Assembly (NCBI RefSeq): GCF_964204645.1
Contig: NC_134031.1
Span: forward strand, 9,672,001 to 9,736,000
Origin: Tubulanus polymorphus
Lineage: Eukaryota; Animalia; Nemertea
Length of the DNA stretch: 64,000 nucleotides
Direction of reading: 5' to 3'
Position numbers and translations under genes: made by a program. Positions 62,797-64,000 of the stretch are shown piece by piece (the stretch's first letter is position 1; every line of letters begins with the position of its first letter). Under the pieces are notes generated by a model that saw nothing but the letters and a program-made list of their open reading frames with translations, had not been told where the DNA came from and did no database searches.

Positions 62797-64000
62797 ATTA
62801 CAAATGGTACTTTATTTTTGTAATCATATTTTTTGAATTCTAATATTTTATCCTTTTCATTTGGTAAAACTAATTTACAATAATCATGATTTTCACATAA
62901 TTGTTTATGATTTAATAATGCACTTTCAGTTCTGAATTTATGTAAACATTTTCTACATAGATAAATTTTATTATCAAAATCATTTTCTGATTTAAAAAAT
63001 AAATCAATTCTTTTAATCCACATATGATGATTCTCATAATATAATATATCTATAACATCGTTTGAATCATAATCTTTTGATAGGTATAAAGGTTCTAATG
63101 TATAATGTTTTATATTGTTACCTTTTGTATTTGGTAATTTGATTAAATCAAATACATTTATCTTTATATTATTATCTCTTTCTATTTTTGGAATGTTTTT
63201 AATTATAACAGGATACTTATCTATCTTATAATTATTTTCAAATGGTTTATAATGAGTTAATCTAAAACTATGTGTAATATCTTCTGTTGGGTGTAAACAA
63301 CTTATAATTGTCCATAGAAAACATTTATCATCTTCATTTTGTACATTTATTACAGCATTAGTTTTAAATGGTAATTTAATATAACTCGATGCTTCAATAT
63401 CTGGTTCTTTATAATATGATACATTATTTTCATCTATTGGTTTTGATTTAGTTAACTTATTATATTTTGTGTTATAAACATGTAAAGTCATAAATATTAT
63501 TTCATCAAATATTAAACCAGATCCTTCAAAATATTTCTCTTCTATTTTAGTTTTTACTTCATTATAAAATTTATCTAATTTATCATCTATATGTTGTTTA
63601 GATATAATATGTTGTGAATGAGAATTTATATTATATATTGATACAACTGATATACTAATTTTAGGATATTCAACATCAGTTATTATTTCTATTATTTCTT
63701 TCATATTTTCTAAATGTTTTTTATTTTCTTCTAATGTTTTTCTTTTATGAAATTTAAACTCGATAGCTGCTGGGCCAATATCACTTTTAAATGCTTCGGT
63801 TATCTCTATATCTTTTTTATTATACAATAAATTGATATATTTTCTTACATCTTCCATGTATGGTCTTTTATTGTTTAATTTATTTTTTATGTTTTTATTG
63901 TCTTCTGTTTCTTATAATTATCTTTATCAAAATAATCTTCACCTAAAATATCATTATTCTTATTTCTAATATGACTTTTAGATTTTAAATGTTCTTTATA
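62797..64000 (-). pseudogene. polB: N-terminal part of a second pPolB (subtype B), cut by the main element terminus
   Basis: ORF 62715-63857 is paralogous to the main pPolB N-terminus and closer to 16000-17500. Homology stops at KNKVPFVI, exactly where the AGTAAT terminus begins. Confidence 0.85.

Noticed and set aside
42558-62802. One intact element with matching TIRs and TSD
   Set aside because: Flanks TAGTAT and ATTACA differ, the two termini are only loosely similar, and 43380-44700 looks like unrelated inserted DNA.

Overview
AT-rich animal (bilaterian invertebrate-type) genomic DNA. The one clear host gene is a type A leucine-rich-repeat GPCR (glycoprotein hormone receptor/LGR1-like, + strand). 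It has four short phase-2 LRR exons (14429-14500, 19682-19750, 22877-22945, 23583-23657) and a long terminal exon (23738-25481); its first exons were not found in the window. Most other DNA is mobile. The dominant family is a Polinton/Maverick-like endogenous DNA virus present as at least seven copies or fragments. The most complete copy (about 42.6/44.8-62.8 kb) encodes HNH nuclease, DDE integrase with chromodomain, A32-type packaging ATPase, putative major and minor capsid proteins, several membrane proteins, a VLTF3-like factor and a protein-primed PolB; several genes carry stops or frameshifts. Main observations: (1) a 355-codon intein with a LAGLIDADG endonuclease splits the PolB catalytic motif (YFD/TDS); (2) 13 of 15 genes start in a poxvirus-late-like TAAATG context; (3) the family ends in 120-330 bp palindromes with co-varying arms; (4) a 2.5-kb non-autonomous derivative has about 745-bp TIRs and a perfect 6-bp TSD; (5) a related copy carries an ORF with Rep_trans-like nickase motifs. 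Also present: CR1-type LINE debris, a HINE, a Helentron-type dual-deubiquitinase pseudogene, nested fold-back MITEs and a Penelope-type minimal hammerhead. All calls come from motif reading and internal comparison by eye; no database searches were run.
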